Assembly: GCA_951406725.2 (NCBI GenBank)
Contig: OX597833.1
Coordinates: forward strand, 23,374,001-23,438,000
DNA from: Octopus vulgaris
Taxonomy: Eukaryota
DNA length: 64,000 nucleotides
Direction: 5' to 3'
Within the stretch, counting starts at the first letter, position 1. Each line of letters begins with the position of its first letter. Below the pieces are notes generated by a model that saw nothing but the letters and a program-made list of their open reading frames with translations, made no database searches and was not told where the DNA came from. The position numbers were made by a program, and so were the translations under genes. Positions 1 through 13,561 of the stretch are shown here, piece after piece.

Positions 1-224
1 AGTACATGACCATACCAGTGCAAACGTCTCTCTTGTATGACACATCCTGTGACATCACAATTTTCTCTCACATGCTGTCTTGCAATCCAATCGAGAAATA
101 CCATAGGAATGAGAACCCAGGTTTGAAATTTCTGCAAGACACATGATGAAGGCTGGAGGGTATATCAGCCAAAACGTATTAACAAACAAGATGAGAACAA
201 ATATCCGTCAAATGTAAATAATGT

Positions 225-1490
225 TCCCAGACAAGTTTTGTTGTTCACCAACATATGGCAGCACACAGTTGCATGTGCAGTGAGAGCTAGAAGTGACCTT
301 CATGAGGCAGTGTGCCATGTGACATTGCTGTGTTTACTCCGCAAGCTGAAATTTGCATTTTTGTGATCATGTGTAGGCTGTATTCTGCAATTTTGCCAAA
401 GACTGGAGCAAAAAGCCAATGTGAAAGTTTGTGTTAAATTTGGGAAGTGTGCTACAGAGATATTGAGCATGCTTCAGCAAGCTTATGGCAACAAGGCAAT
501 GGGTTGTACACAATGTTTAGAGTGGCATGGGTACTTCAAAAGACACTTTGCCTCCCCAAAATCCATCCCCTCCTCACCGTGGTGGGGATGCTGGCAACGG
601 GTAGTGTCAGAGCTATGCCGTCGGGAACTTCAGTTCCTGGTAGGGCCACCCAAGGCGGATTGGTCTGCTGACACCAAGTGGTATTAGGGCCACAACCCGG
701 CAGACGGGGCTCTGGTGAAATCCTCGGAGTGTCTGTTTCGGCAACTGGTGGCTCCTTGGTCGTTCTGTCCCTGCATCTGTGGACAATCTGCGGCAAACAG
801 GATTTCTCTACATGCAGGATTGTTGGGGACCGCTTGTGAAATCCACATATTCCCACGAAACTTCTTCCAAAGAAGAAGCCGATTCAACCCACCCAGGGTG
901 AATGGCGCCACAAGTACAAGAAATTCAAAAGTAGAAGAACATCCTGGGAAGATGATGAGCGATCTGGAAGACATGCAACAAGTGTCACCCCGGAAATGTG
1001 GTATTGTGCATCAAGAATTCATCCAAGGCCAGACCATCAATCCTGAGTTCTACTGCAATGGTTCCAAGCATCTGAAGGAGAACATTTGGCGAAAGCGACT
1101 GGATCTGTGGGACGCGAATAATTGGATTCTTCATGTCAACAATGCACCCTGTCACTGAGCTCTCCTCACTCATGAGTTTCTCACCCAAAACAACAGGGTA
1201 TCACTTCCACACTCACCCTATTCACCAGACTTAGCACCTGTGGACTTCCGTCTCTTCTCGAAAATGACAATGCAGCTCAAAGGTCGCTGTTGTCAAGATC
1301 CAAGTGAATTGCAGAAGGTCCTCAACCCACTTGTGGAAAACGACTTCCAGACTACATTCCAAAAGTGACAGGAATGCTGGGACTGGTGTACTGCAGCACA
1401 AGATGTCTATTTAAAAGGAAATGATGTTAAAACTTACATAAATAGCCCATTTGTTTGATTAAACATAACTAGTTTTGATAGGAATGTTTT
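225..1490 (+). mobile_element. Degenerate mariner transposon, interrupted by an RTE 5' fragment
   Basis: N-terminus KFGKCATEILSMLQQAYG..CLEWH; C-terminus GIVHQEFI..QTINPEFY..WILHVNNAPCH and a PYSPDLAP motif at ~1216-1240; ends approximate. Confidence 0.85.
549..993 (+). mobile_element. 5' UTR-type fragment of an RTE-clade LINE
   Basis: GC-rich insert containing ccgtggtgggg..gagctatgccg..agggccacccaaggcgga, resembling the conserved 5' region of BovB/RTE elements as I recall it. Confidence 0.6.
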
Positions 1491-1495
1491 GATAC

Positions 1496-1730
1496 CTATT
1501 TCTTTACTGCCCACAAGGGGCTAAACACAGAGAGGACAAACAAGGACAGACAAATGGATTAAGTCGATTATATTGACCCCAGTGCGTAACTGGTCCTTAA
1601 TTTATCGACCCCGAAAGGATGAAAGGCAAAGTCAACCTCGGCGGAATTTGAACTCAGAACGTAACAGCAGACGAAATACTGCTCAGCATTTCGCCTGGCG
1701 TGCTAATGTTTCTACCAGCTCGCCACCTTA
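1496..1730 (-). mobile_element. tRNA-derived SINE with Nin/Deu-like core (family B)
   Basis: Minus strand reads gagttcaaattcc (box B) then gcctttcatcctttcggggtcgataaattaag; near-identical copies at 29016 and 37390. Confidence 0.85.
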
Positions 1731-3746
1731 TACATATGGCGGAGGGTAAAGACAATGGACCCCCACTTTGGGATATTTTGGGTTTTTTTTTTTACAGGAA
1801 CCCACTATATCGAGTGCGGAGATTCCGAATCAGCATTTCAAAATTTTAATTCCACCCCCCCACCACTTCTTAAAATTTTTTTTAGCGAAATACACAGAAA
1901 AATAAGATTAGGATTCTGAAAAGAAAAAAAATTTGTAAAATATTCAATTTTTCACAATAAATAAACCTATATATATATATATATATATAAACATTCACAA
2001 TATCTCAAATATATGTAGCTTGAATCGGAGCCAATCCATATTTTTTTTTTGTTCCTAATTTAAGAATGAAGCCTTCAAGATTAGAGGGAAGGGGCAGTAG
2101 TCGAGACCCTCAACTCAACTGGTACTTCACAAAGGATAAAAAGCAAAATTACCGCGGCGAGATTCAACATCAGAACTTAAAAACCGGAAGAAATACAAGG
2201 TGTTTTATTCGTTACTCTAACGATTCGGTTAACACACTGATGTAATGGAGATACTAACACAATATAATCGATGGTGTTAATTTTCCAACCCGATTCAAAG
2301 AATGGTCTTGTGAATCACTTAACACAAATGTGGCTGCTATTTCTAGCAGGTCGAGCACAGAGCTTCTGGTTATTTTATATTATTTTTATCATGAATCTGA
2401 TGTAATAATATAAAAAAATTGGGAGGGGGAGAGGTGAAATTTAATGGGGTGGGGGGTATATTTGTACTTTCTGACATCTAAAATGTAGGAAGCCGAAAAA
2501 AATTTTTTAAGGAGATTAGCCCCGATTTCTGAAAACGACTAAAATTGCCAGAGTCCCTTAGAGACATTAAAACTAGGGAAGAATCGGGGCAGCCACCTAA
2601 ATACCTAATTACTGGCTTAGTCATGAAAAAAATGGGTGCGATCTGACGGCAACAAAGGTAGGTAGGTAGGTCTACAAGTACAGGCATGCTGGGAGGTTAG
2701 AAATTCGCTTTGCAACAACGTGGTTCAGTGTTCGAATCGAACGCACAGTACATTAGCCATAGGTTGACAAATGGTTTGTGAGCGGAATTTGGTAATTTAG
2801 ATGCTTGCCAATTATGAGCGAATTCAATTTATTCTTGTAGAATAAAACGGATTCGAGGGGCAAACTACAATGTGACTTTTGGATATTACGTAAGACCTTA
2901 AATGTCAAACTTTGACTTAGTGGCATCTGTATCAATGATGAGGCAAATGAAATGGATTGTCTTGCGGGATCCAAAAATAATTAACATAATAATTAAATAG
3001 ATTGATTTTTTTTTCTTTCTCTTAGTCATTTTTTGATATTTTTCTGCTGCTAAGAAGGTATTACTTCTAAGTTCGATTCTGACAGAGGTCGATAAAATAA
3101 ATTAATTGAAAAATTTTAAACTAATTCAATTGATAATTCCCTATGTTGAAAAAAAAAAAAATTCTGAGAGGGGTTGAAACAAAGTATTTAGAATAACTTC
3201 ATTGCAACTAATCTATCAATCAATTGAGATTTGTCTTTAATTCTAAAATGAAAGAAACAAGAATACGCGCAAAGTATCGGCTCCAACTTTCTTCCCTCCC
3301 CAACTTTTAATTTCCAACTTTAATTCTTCTCATACAACTACACACCTGTTATTTCTAGATGAAACAAAATCTAACCAAAACCATCAATTTTTTATTATAT
3401 TTAGAAATAACAGGTGAGTAGTTGAGGGAAAGAAATTCGATAGAAGTGGAAATTTAAATGTCTTGTGAGATTGAAGGTTTGGAATTAGAATTTGAATTAG
3501 GATCATTTGAAGAGCGTTCATAATAACAGTTTGACAAGAAAAAGATGAGAAAATATTGAAATATGGTTTGCGTATTAAGCGGGAGCGGATGATGAAAAAA
3601 AGTTAGATATTGCCAGCTACAATGTGAAGGTAGTAGGACACATTCTCAATGTGACCTTTGAGGGTAGAATAGCTTTTAATTAATCTATTGTTTCGTGTTA
3701 GTCACAGTATATTCCCTTTAAATATCGATGTGTGAAGCAAGAATGG

Positions 3747-3879
3747 TCAAAATTCACAAGAGTGACCACAGCCTCGGGGACACTGTTTGTTTTCTTCAAA
3801 CCAGTTCCTCATATGCTGCAGGTGGCCACCATGAGAGCAGCCCTGGCACCAAACATACAGTCCTTTGACAGGTTGATTG
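3747..3879 (-). CDS. WDR24: WDR24 last coding exon ([44 protein letters not shown])
   Basis: ttttag| acceptor; TGA stop at 3749-3747; near-identical to the WDR24 C-terminal RING motif. Confidence 0.96.
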
Positions 3880-6800
3880 CTAAAAAAAAAAGAGAAAGAA
3901 ATATCATGAATGATGAAATATTTATTGTTTATTACTCATTTTATGCAAGTTTAGTAAATAAAATGAATTACTTGTACATTTTCATCAGAAAAATTCATAA
4001 ATGGATTACCAGTATTAACTTTTGAGGAAGGGAGAAGGAGGAGAGCCACCACCACCAGCATCACCACTGCTGCCATCACTATCAAAATTATTGTTGTCAC
4101 TTAAGTTTGATGGTTTAATAGGATCCAACAGATCCAAGAACTGTATTATGCCACAGTGTTTGCTTTGGAATGGTTTCTGCAGTTGAATGCCTTTCTGAAT
4201 TCGGATCTTTTCACTTTAACGCCAAGAGAAAAAGATGTTTTATGTGACATTCTACCAGCATACGAAGTTTAAAAGTGTTTAGTTACAAAAAATTATTTTT
4301 TAAATTTGCCAGTCAAAGTGAAAAGATCCCTTAATTCTAACCACTTCAGGTACAGCTTTCAAGCCTAAGATTCACTTCAACTGAGTGGGGGCTACAATAG
4401 AAAGGAAGAAGGAGGTGGATTTGTACAAGGAGAAGAGGGCTTAAAGTATGAAAGAAGTGGGGCCAGAAAAAAATAGGATTCTTGTTTTAGAGAAGCTATA
4501 CGGCTACTTACATCAGAATAGGAATTGTAATATTCATACTTATCTAACAAAGTTTACATGAAACAAAATAGCTCTCACTGGAAATTTAAACTAATCACAG
4601 ACATGGTCATTCACCACAAATCCAATAAAGAGCAATACTTTTAGTAGTAAGTTAGTTGTTGTTTGTTCTTTCTCGAGCCATGCCTGGCTCATAAGGGCCG
4701 GTTTCCCAGTTTCTTGGCGTATAGGTTCCCCACCTGAACAGGACGCCAGTCCGTCGCAGGTGAGCTGCAAGATGCAGGAGGAAAGAGTGAGAGACAGTTG
4801 TGGCGAAAGAGTCAGCAGAAGTTCGCCATTACCTTCTGCCAGAGTCGTGTGGAGCTTAGGTGTTTCGCTCATAAACACACACATCGCCCAGTCTGAGATT
4901 CGAACCTGCGATCCCTCGACCGCGAGTCCACTGCTCTAACCACTAGGCCATGTGCCTCCACTAAGTTAGCAGTAGTAACAATCAAGCACTAAACTTGTAA
5001 AATAGTTCGCAGCATGCCCTGACATTTGGAATTCAAACTCTGTTGGGGGGACAAACACAAACACACATATATATATACATATACATATATACAACGGGCT
5101 TCTTTCAGTTTCCGTCTACCAAATCCACTCACAAGGCTTTGGTCGGCCCGAAGCTATAGTAGAAGACACTTGCCCAAGGTGCCACGCAGTGGGACTGAAC
5201 CCAGAACCATGCGGTTCATAAGCAAGCTACTTACCACACAGCCACTCCTACGCCTATCTTCAAAAAAAACAAAAAAAACGGAAAGCAATGGACATGGAAA
5301 TTAACAAAGCATAAAATACTCACCATACACCACACACACCAACAACTGTTCGACATTTGTTACAAAACCAACTACAGTTGGTCAGTGTTTCGTTACATTT
5401 ATGACACGTGGTGAGGATATTTGAAGACTGTTGGTTTAACATGGAAACTTCAGGGATTTTACTAAGTCTAATCACATCAGCAATAACCGACCATTGTTTA
5501 AACTGTTCTAATAAATCTGAAAAACAAAGCAAAATTTCATTCAAGATATATAAAAAATTAATATATTTAGATTATGTTTTATCTTTAAGTGGACGTTAAA
5601 CGACGACGATGATGATGATGATGATGGTTAACAATGAACTATAAGGTTGAAAGGAATAAACTTTTACTTTTTTAAACATAGCAAACATGCAAATCTGACA
5701 GATATGAATAAATTACTTTTTATTGACCCTTTGAAGTAATGATCCCTATAGTTGGTGTCTTCGAGAGAAGCTGTTTCCTCACACTCAAATCTTTGTATTG
5801 TTTTAAGATTGTTCTTAATTCAAGTACATGCACTGCACATATATTTGAACTCTGTTTTAAATGTAAACATTTAATTTATATAGAATTTATAGACTTTAAA
5901 GTATACCACAAAGAAATTCTTTTAAAATGATTTAATGATTGGATAGAGGCCACTGCCCTTTGCAGCACTCAAAAGAATCAGGGCCCACAACTGTGCTTCT
6001 AAGGTTCAAAATTTGTGGTGGTATAGAAATATCAAAGAGCTGGAGGGTGAAACACAAGGATAGTAGAGAGTTCTATAAAGTTGAAATGATCAACTGCATG
6101 CGATATTTGGTGTTGATTTTTTTGAAACAAGCAAACAGCAACAACAGAAATTATATATATAAATAAAAGGGGCCAAATTGAAAACCTAGCTACCTTGAGA
6201 CTATTTTTGCAATGAGGGGGACATGGAACTTCTAAATAAATTCAAACACATGTAATAGTTTAATAAGTAAGCTTTATTTATTGAACATCAAAACATGAAT
6301 GTTGATAGCAGCTTAAAATATTGCTTTTATAAACCTTTTTCGAGATAAAAAAAAACATTAATGGTTTAAAAAGATGTGTAACTTATTTTGGTACTTCTCA
6401 AAATAGGCCAAGTCCATATTGAGAAGTGGTTGATCATAGAAAAGGCATCCAACCACAGAAACCGTGACAAAAATGGGATGTATGATGAAGGTAAGCTTTA
6501 CAAGCTGCATTGTGGGTTACCTGTTTAGAAGGGCAGTGACTCCAATTAAGAACTGGTACAGGTAGTTGTCGGAGCACTGCATCCTTCAAAACTTCCATGC
6601 TTCCTGAGATTCGCCAACACTACACCTGATTTTCTCTCCTCCATACACACGCAAGCATGTATCTGACTCATACACTGTTCACTTCCCAGACATTTGTACA
6701 TTACTGCATATGCTTTATACGCAATTCTGACAAGTTGTGGTGCACCTGAGCACTGTATACAATAATTTCCTTATTATTCATCATTATTATTATTATAGAA

Positions 6801-9800
6801 AGGACACTTTGATCTTTCTCCTGACAACCTGTCTGATAATAAAGGCACAAAATGCCATCAGTTCATGTGATAGAGTGGTTGGCAACAGGAAAGGCATCTA
6901 GCCATAGAAACCAAGACAAAAACGTAATGTATGAAGAAGACATAGATGCTGCACACGAGATTGCAAGCCACAGCTTGTGGGGGAAATAATTCTGAGTAAA
7001 AAATAACAGAGGGTAAGGAATTTCTTTGGTTATGTTGCAGACAACCTCTTTAGAGCCAGTGACAACATAAAATGCACCCAGTCCATATTGTAAGACATAC
7101 ACAGCAATCGAATTGGTTAACATTCCTTGCTGGTGTGTGCGTGTACCAAGATAATGGGAGAATGACAAGTGATGAAAGGATGTGAGATTCACCTAACTTA
7201 TACTTGCATGGAAATACAAATAAAAGGAACTAGCACTATGACCCAGCAACGCCGGGTCATAGTGCTAGTGCATGCATATACAGCTGCGTGCGTGTGCACA
7301 TACACGTGAGTACTGTTCAAATCTCCAATCAATCACATACAGCTAGCTGGCATTCAATTGACATATCAAGTTTCGGGCATTTTTATTGGGTTTTGGATAG
7401 AAAATTCACAAAAAAAGTCACTTCTATTGATTTTTTAATGGCTTTGCAGGATGACTGGGGAAATGTAAAGATGTGCACAACCACCCTTGGACGGTTTTGA
7501 ATGACCATAGAAAGTGCAAGCCCTCTAACTGAAAAATTGTGGGTTTGTATAAAGGATACACACACACACAGAAAGACATTTTGCCATTTATATATATAGA
7601 GATAATGATGATGATGATGATGATGGTGATAATGGTAATGATGATAGTGATAGATAATCAACTGATTAAAATAGAGCTAATCAGAGTTAATCACAAACAA
7701 ATTATATTTTCATTGACGATGTATTTATGCTGAACAGAAAACTTTTTAAAATAACCCATGCAAAACATTAAAAGAAACTTTACATACCAATATAGCTTAG
7801 GAACCAACTTGTCCGCACTTTCAGATCAATTTCTGGCTGGATGCGATCCCCCAGGACAATCAACATAGAAACGGTTGACTGAATGTCTTCCTTGAATAAG
7901 AGATATTATACCAATGTTTTATACAACTGTTAACTTTAAGAAACAAATTTCTATATTTTCTGTCTTAGAATGAATAAAAATGTTTTAACAAAGCCTTGCA
8001 TTTACATATCACTTCTTATTACAACTCAACACCTTTGTAACAACTTAAATATAGAGTTTGGAAATTGTTTGTCAACCAAGTAGCATTACAGCTGTAGTAA
8101 AGTTTGAACATACAGTCAGCATTTTAGCACCTTAAATCATTACACTTCATGAGGTGGCAGAAACGTTAGCATGCCAGGCGAATTGCTTAGCAGTATTTCT
8201 TCTGCTGTTATGTTCTGAGTTCAAATTTCACCGGGGTCGATAAATTAAGTACCAGTTACGCACTGGATCGATATAATTGACTTAATCCGTTTGTCTGTCT
8301 TTGCTTGACCCCTCTGTGTTTAGCCCCTTGTGGGTAGTAAAAGAACAAGCATATAAGAAAAAACAGTCATGTAAGAGAGCTTAAGAAGACCATGATGTTT
8401 GATAAAATCATCCTAAAAATTTATTCTCAATTCATTTTGGGACTGAGAGTACATATTACCAATCAAAGGAACCTCTACTGTGAAACCAGTTAAGATTCTT
8501 GACTTGTATCCTGTCGCTGACAGGATCTTGTCTTTTGTTCACAGCCAAGCCAAAACAACGAACAAGTCTATAGAGCTCTCAAACTAGATACTATAAGTAG
8601 CATAATTCATGAAAGGGGGAATTGGTAGCACAATAGAACTGGGGGGAATAGTTTATTGGCATGTACTGATAAATTCAATTCATCCAGTGAAAAAGTCACC
8701 TACAACAGACTGGAGTCATATCCAGTGGAAGATTGACCTTACATTCACCTAATAATACATAACCTGAAGATAGGCTCTAGCACTCTGCCTACTTCATCAT
8801 CAATTTAAGGTCCACATTTCCATGCTTGCATGGGTCAGACGGAATTTGTTGAAGCAGGTTTTTTTTATGTTTGGCTGCTCTTTTGTCACCAACCTTTACT
8901 CATTTCCAAGCAGTGTAATATTTCTCTTTGGACAGACATGTTTTTATTGAAGATTGGAAATGAATGACACCACCTGTGTGCCAGTGACACTCATTTACAA
9001 CCATCACATAATGTTACAACAAGGAGGTACAAAATACATATACACACACATATACACAGGCATCTTTCAGTTTCCATGTACCAAATCCACTCACAAGGCT
9101 TTGGATGGTCCAAGACCACAATGGAAGGCACTTATCCAAGGTGTCACACAGTGGGAATAAACCCAAACCCATGTGATTAGGAAGCAAACTTTTTGACCAA
9201 ACAGTTATGGCGATACTTATTTGTGTGTGATCCAGAAAAGGATTACATTTTAAAAATTGCAGGATTCATCATTACAAAGAGACTATAACTTTGTGCAATA
9301 AATGTGGATTGAAATAATTACAATTAACAGACTTTGGGATATGGCAAATGCTACAAAGCAATTTTGCAAATAAAAATTTTTCTAAACATTAATTTTGTTG
9401 CATCTGTAATTGCTTAACAAATGTTTGACATTCCTGTCTAAAATTTGGATTTTGCTACAGATACAGTAATCCCTTGACTATCGCAGGTGTTACATTCCAA
9501 AAACCCCCGCGATAGGTGAAAAATCCTTGAAGTAGAAACAGTACTGTACTGTATATTGTTATAAATTATTTTTATAATTTGCATATATATTTGTTTTATT
9601 TTTATATATTTAAGCTTTTATAAACTCTCTCCACACTCTTAGGAGTACCTGTGTCTTTTATTTAGACGTGAAAATGCTTATTTTACCACAGAAGTAATTA
9701 AAATCTAAAAAGATATAAAAACCTATTGGCCACAGAAACCCATGATATACTAAGGAGTCCACAATATAAATTTACATATATTAGCCAGAAAAATCTGCGA

Positions 9801-12800
9801 TGTACTGAGGGCGCAATAGGTGAGTGATTACTGTATTGCACTGTGTTTTGGGTAACCCCAAGCCCCAGTTTTGGTAAGGTAGAAATATGTACTGAAATGT
9901 CCAACTGGGTAATTTCAAATAGGCTTGCATCCATTCAAATCTCTTTGCAGGACACTTAATTCAACATGTTTCAGTTTTCTTAAAAGCATGAAATAGTTGC
10001 TTCTCAGGGTATTTGTAAGAGAGCAGAGCTCTACCCTGAGGGGAGATTTACCTCTCTTCCACTTAACACCATATAAATCCTTGCAGTTGTGAGAAGATTA
10101 ACTACTAACTATAGGCGTAGGAGTGGCTGTGTGATAAGTAGCTTGCTTACCAACCACATGGTTCCTGGTTCAGTTCCACTGCATGGCACCTTGGGTAAGT
10201 GTCTTCTACTATAGCCTAGGGCTGACCAAAGCTTTGTGAGTGGATTTGGTAGACGGAAACAGAAAGAAGCCCGTTGTATATATGTATGTATATGTTTGTG
10301 TGTCTGTGTTTGTCCCCCCAACATTGCTTGACAACCGATACTGGTGTATTTACGTCCCCGTAACTTAGTGGTTCGGCAAAAGAGACCGATAGAATAAGTA
10401 CTGGGCTTACAAAGAATAAGTCCTGGGACCGATTTGCTCGACTAAAGGCGGTGCTCCAGCATGGCCACAGTCAAATGACTGAAACAAGTAAAAAAGTAAA
10501 AGAGTAATAAGTGAGGAATGTCAGAGATCAAGTTCTCTGTAGATTGAGATTTCATTAAGCGATATTTGTGATCACTGAGAGAAAGAAGGACTCAAGGGAA
10601 TTATTAACGACAGCTTCAATCATCTTTAGTAAGTTTGGATCCCAAACATCGTTGACATGTTAGGGATCCAAAGGGCCAGTGTAATTTTAGCTTAGTGGGA
10701 GGTTGTAGGATGCAAAAGAGACCGATAGAATAAGTACTAGGCTTACAAAGAATAAGTCCTGGGGTCGATTTGCTCGACTAAAGGTGGTGCTCCAGCATGG
10801 CCGCAGTCAAATGACTGAAACAAGAGTAAAAGAGAGTAACTGTATATAAGCTATAAAGTATTATGATTACTGACTTACTTCAGCATAAGCAACAAGCATA
10901 TCCGTAACCAGGGAGCTATAGTCCCACTGTGGTATAATGGGGAGTTTCACATTGATGTTGAGATCGTTCACTGCGGCGCCATTACTGATTGTTTCTTTAT
11001 GGTTATGACTTGTAGCTTGAAATGAATTGTCATCACTGTCGCTTGCGGGTGAATAGTGAGGAGGAGGCACTGGTGGCACATTGCTAAAGTCAAGCTCATG
11101 ACGAGGTTGGAAGGGTTCTACTGGAAGAGACCAATTCTGTTGGAAAAAAAAAATTATACTGGATGTAAGGAAGATGAATTTTAAAATATCTAACTAATGT
11201 CTTAACCCTTTTGTTACCAATCTGGCCAAAACCAGCTCTGGCTCTGTAGTACAAATGTCTTGTTTTCATAAGTTTTGCATTAAAATATACCACCAAACCT
11301 TAGTCGCAATTTATGTTCCTAACACTTGTTTAATGATAACTAAGTTATTTTACTAAATTCTTTGTTATATTTAAAATAATTGAAAGAAACACAGAGCATC
11401 TCAAAATAAATATAGTAACGAAAGGGTTAATACAAATTCTTTTGATGAATTTTTAACAACTAAGACACATAAAATATTCTTCTAAAATCATTCATAATCA
11501 TCTTTATCATACAATTGTTGTTGCCAGAGCGGCTAACTGGCTTCCGTGCCGGTGGCATGTAGGAGGCACCATTAGAGCGAGATCGTTACCAGCATCGCCT
11601 TACTGGCACCTGTGCCATTGGCATGTGTACAAAGATTTGAACGAGGTCGTTGCCAGTACCGCCTGACTGGCCCCCGTACCGGTGGCACGTAAAAGCACCC
11701 ACTACATGCTCGGAGTGGTTGGCATTAGGAAGGGCATCCAGCTGTAGAAACTCTGTCAGATCAGATTGAAGCCTGGTGCAGCCATCTGGTTCACCACACC
11801 TCAGTCAAATCGTCCAACCCATGCTAGCATGGAAAGCGGACGTTAAACGATGATGATGATGAATGATCTGAAAGCAAATGAACTGAAGGAAACATGACCA
11901 AATGCTGTAAATCACTCATAAGTATAAGATGTGCTCTCAATACAGTTTACTTATGGCCCTTTATTTAGATATTTCTATATTACACTAGCAGTATCGCCCG
12001 GCGTTGCTCGGGTTTGTAAGGGAAATAACTATATAAGAATTTTTAGAGAGTTACTTCCCTTATATAATAGCAAAAAAATGCATTAAAAATGGGAAAAAAT
12101 TATGGTAAATGTTTTTTTAAATCGTAGACTCATCGTAGATGCACGCTAATACCCAGAAGGGCTCGATATGAATCACGACTACAAGATACCCGCTTTTGGT
12201 TAAACTGCACCGCAAAATGTGGGAGTAGTTTGGAATCTAAATCGTAGGAGACAGACACTCACACAACTTCACTTTTATATATAAAGATTACGTGTCTGAA
12301 CTACTGATGTCATTGTTGTGTTTGAAAGTTGATCAAACTGAATTTGTACAGGATATTTTAACACTAATTTCTGGTTGAGGGGTTGACTTCTCCAAAGAAG
12401 CATTCAATGTAGTAGCATAGTAATAGTAAGGGTGCATTTGATGCTGTGTAGTGTTGTTGTTTAACCCTGGGTTAGCTTTGACTGAGTAGACCTATAACCA
12501 ACACCATTCAGCAGTGTCTGTTCTGCCTTTTTTATGTGTCATATTCAAAGTATCCTTCTGTTTTTTAAGATAGAAGGGTGAACTTCAAGGAAGATTTGGC
12601 TGCCATTTCTGGCATGTTGAGCACCCCTAACAGTCTGTACATATATTGAGTGTGATGTAGTAGATGCAAGTATAGAGTAATTGTAGTAATGTAGATTTGA
12701 TGGTTTTATTAGCATTAAGTAATTCTTGTGGATGGATTCCATCCTCCACTCCCAAGTGACTAAAAGTGGACTGACCCATTGCTATAAAATACTGTGAGTA

Positions 12801-13521
12801 ATTGGAGTAAGCAGTCCATTTCGAGCCATTGATTGAGAGAGTTGAGTCTCGTTTAATAATAATCGTATTGCGTCATGTAAATATTTCTTTCCCCTGCTTT
12901 GTTATATATCCAACATCAGGATATAAAAGTAATTAAGGAACATCTTATAGCAAGCTTAACCCATGAGAGGATCTGTACTCAGAAAAGGAGGCTAACAAAA
13001 TATTTTTCAGTTAAATACTGTTCCCATAAGTTAAAAACTATTAAATCTATAACTGTAAGACCAAACTCCTTTCTATGATGAAAGAAACTAAAGATTATTC
13101 ATGTATTTGACACAACGATCTTGACAAAGATGTTTTCTATGAAGTTGAAAATATCTCTCCAAATGAAAACCAAAGAAAGCGTTAAAGAAAAAGAAGAGTA
13201 ATGAGAGGAGTGATTTATATTTAAAGAGTGCAAAGTAAAGGTAAAAGAAATCTTATAAAAGCAGAAGCTTTTGTTAAAACAAAAGTTTTACTGAAAATGC
13301 CATCAAAGTTAATACAAACATATCTATCATGAAGTACACTGTCAGCATCTTCTCGGTCATAAGAGAAATCTGTGTCTCCTTCACCAAAGAAAAAGTCTCC
13401 TTCGCCAAAGAAAAAGTCTCCTGTCTGACTGGCTAAACCAGTTTCTTGAACTTCATTTTCTAGGTCAGATTCTTCTTCACTGCATCCTGTAGAAAAAAAA
13501 TAATCTCTATATATAAAACTG

Positions 13522-13561
<40 letters not shown>

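Noticed and set aside
2100-2980. CpG-richer stretch possibly marking the promoter or first exon of a neighbouring gene
   Set aside because: There is no recognisable coding sequence or convincing exon chain within the window.
4890-4961. tRNA-Arg gene
   Set aside because: It is the tRNA-derived head of a SINE with body, tail and TSD, and it recurs at 21150 and 28008.
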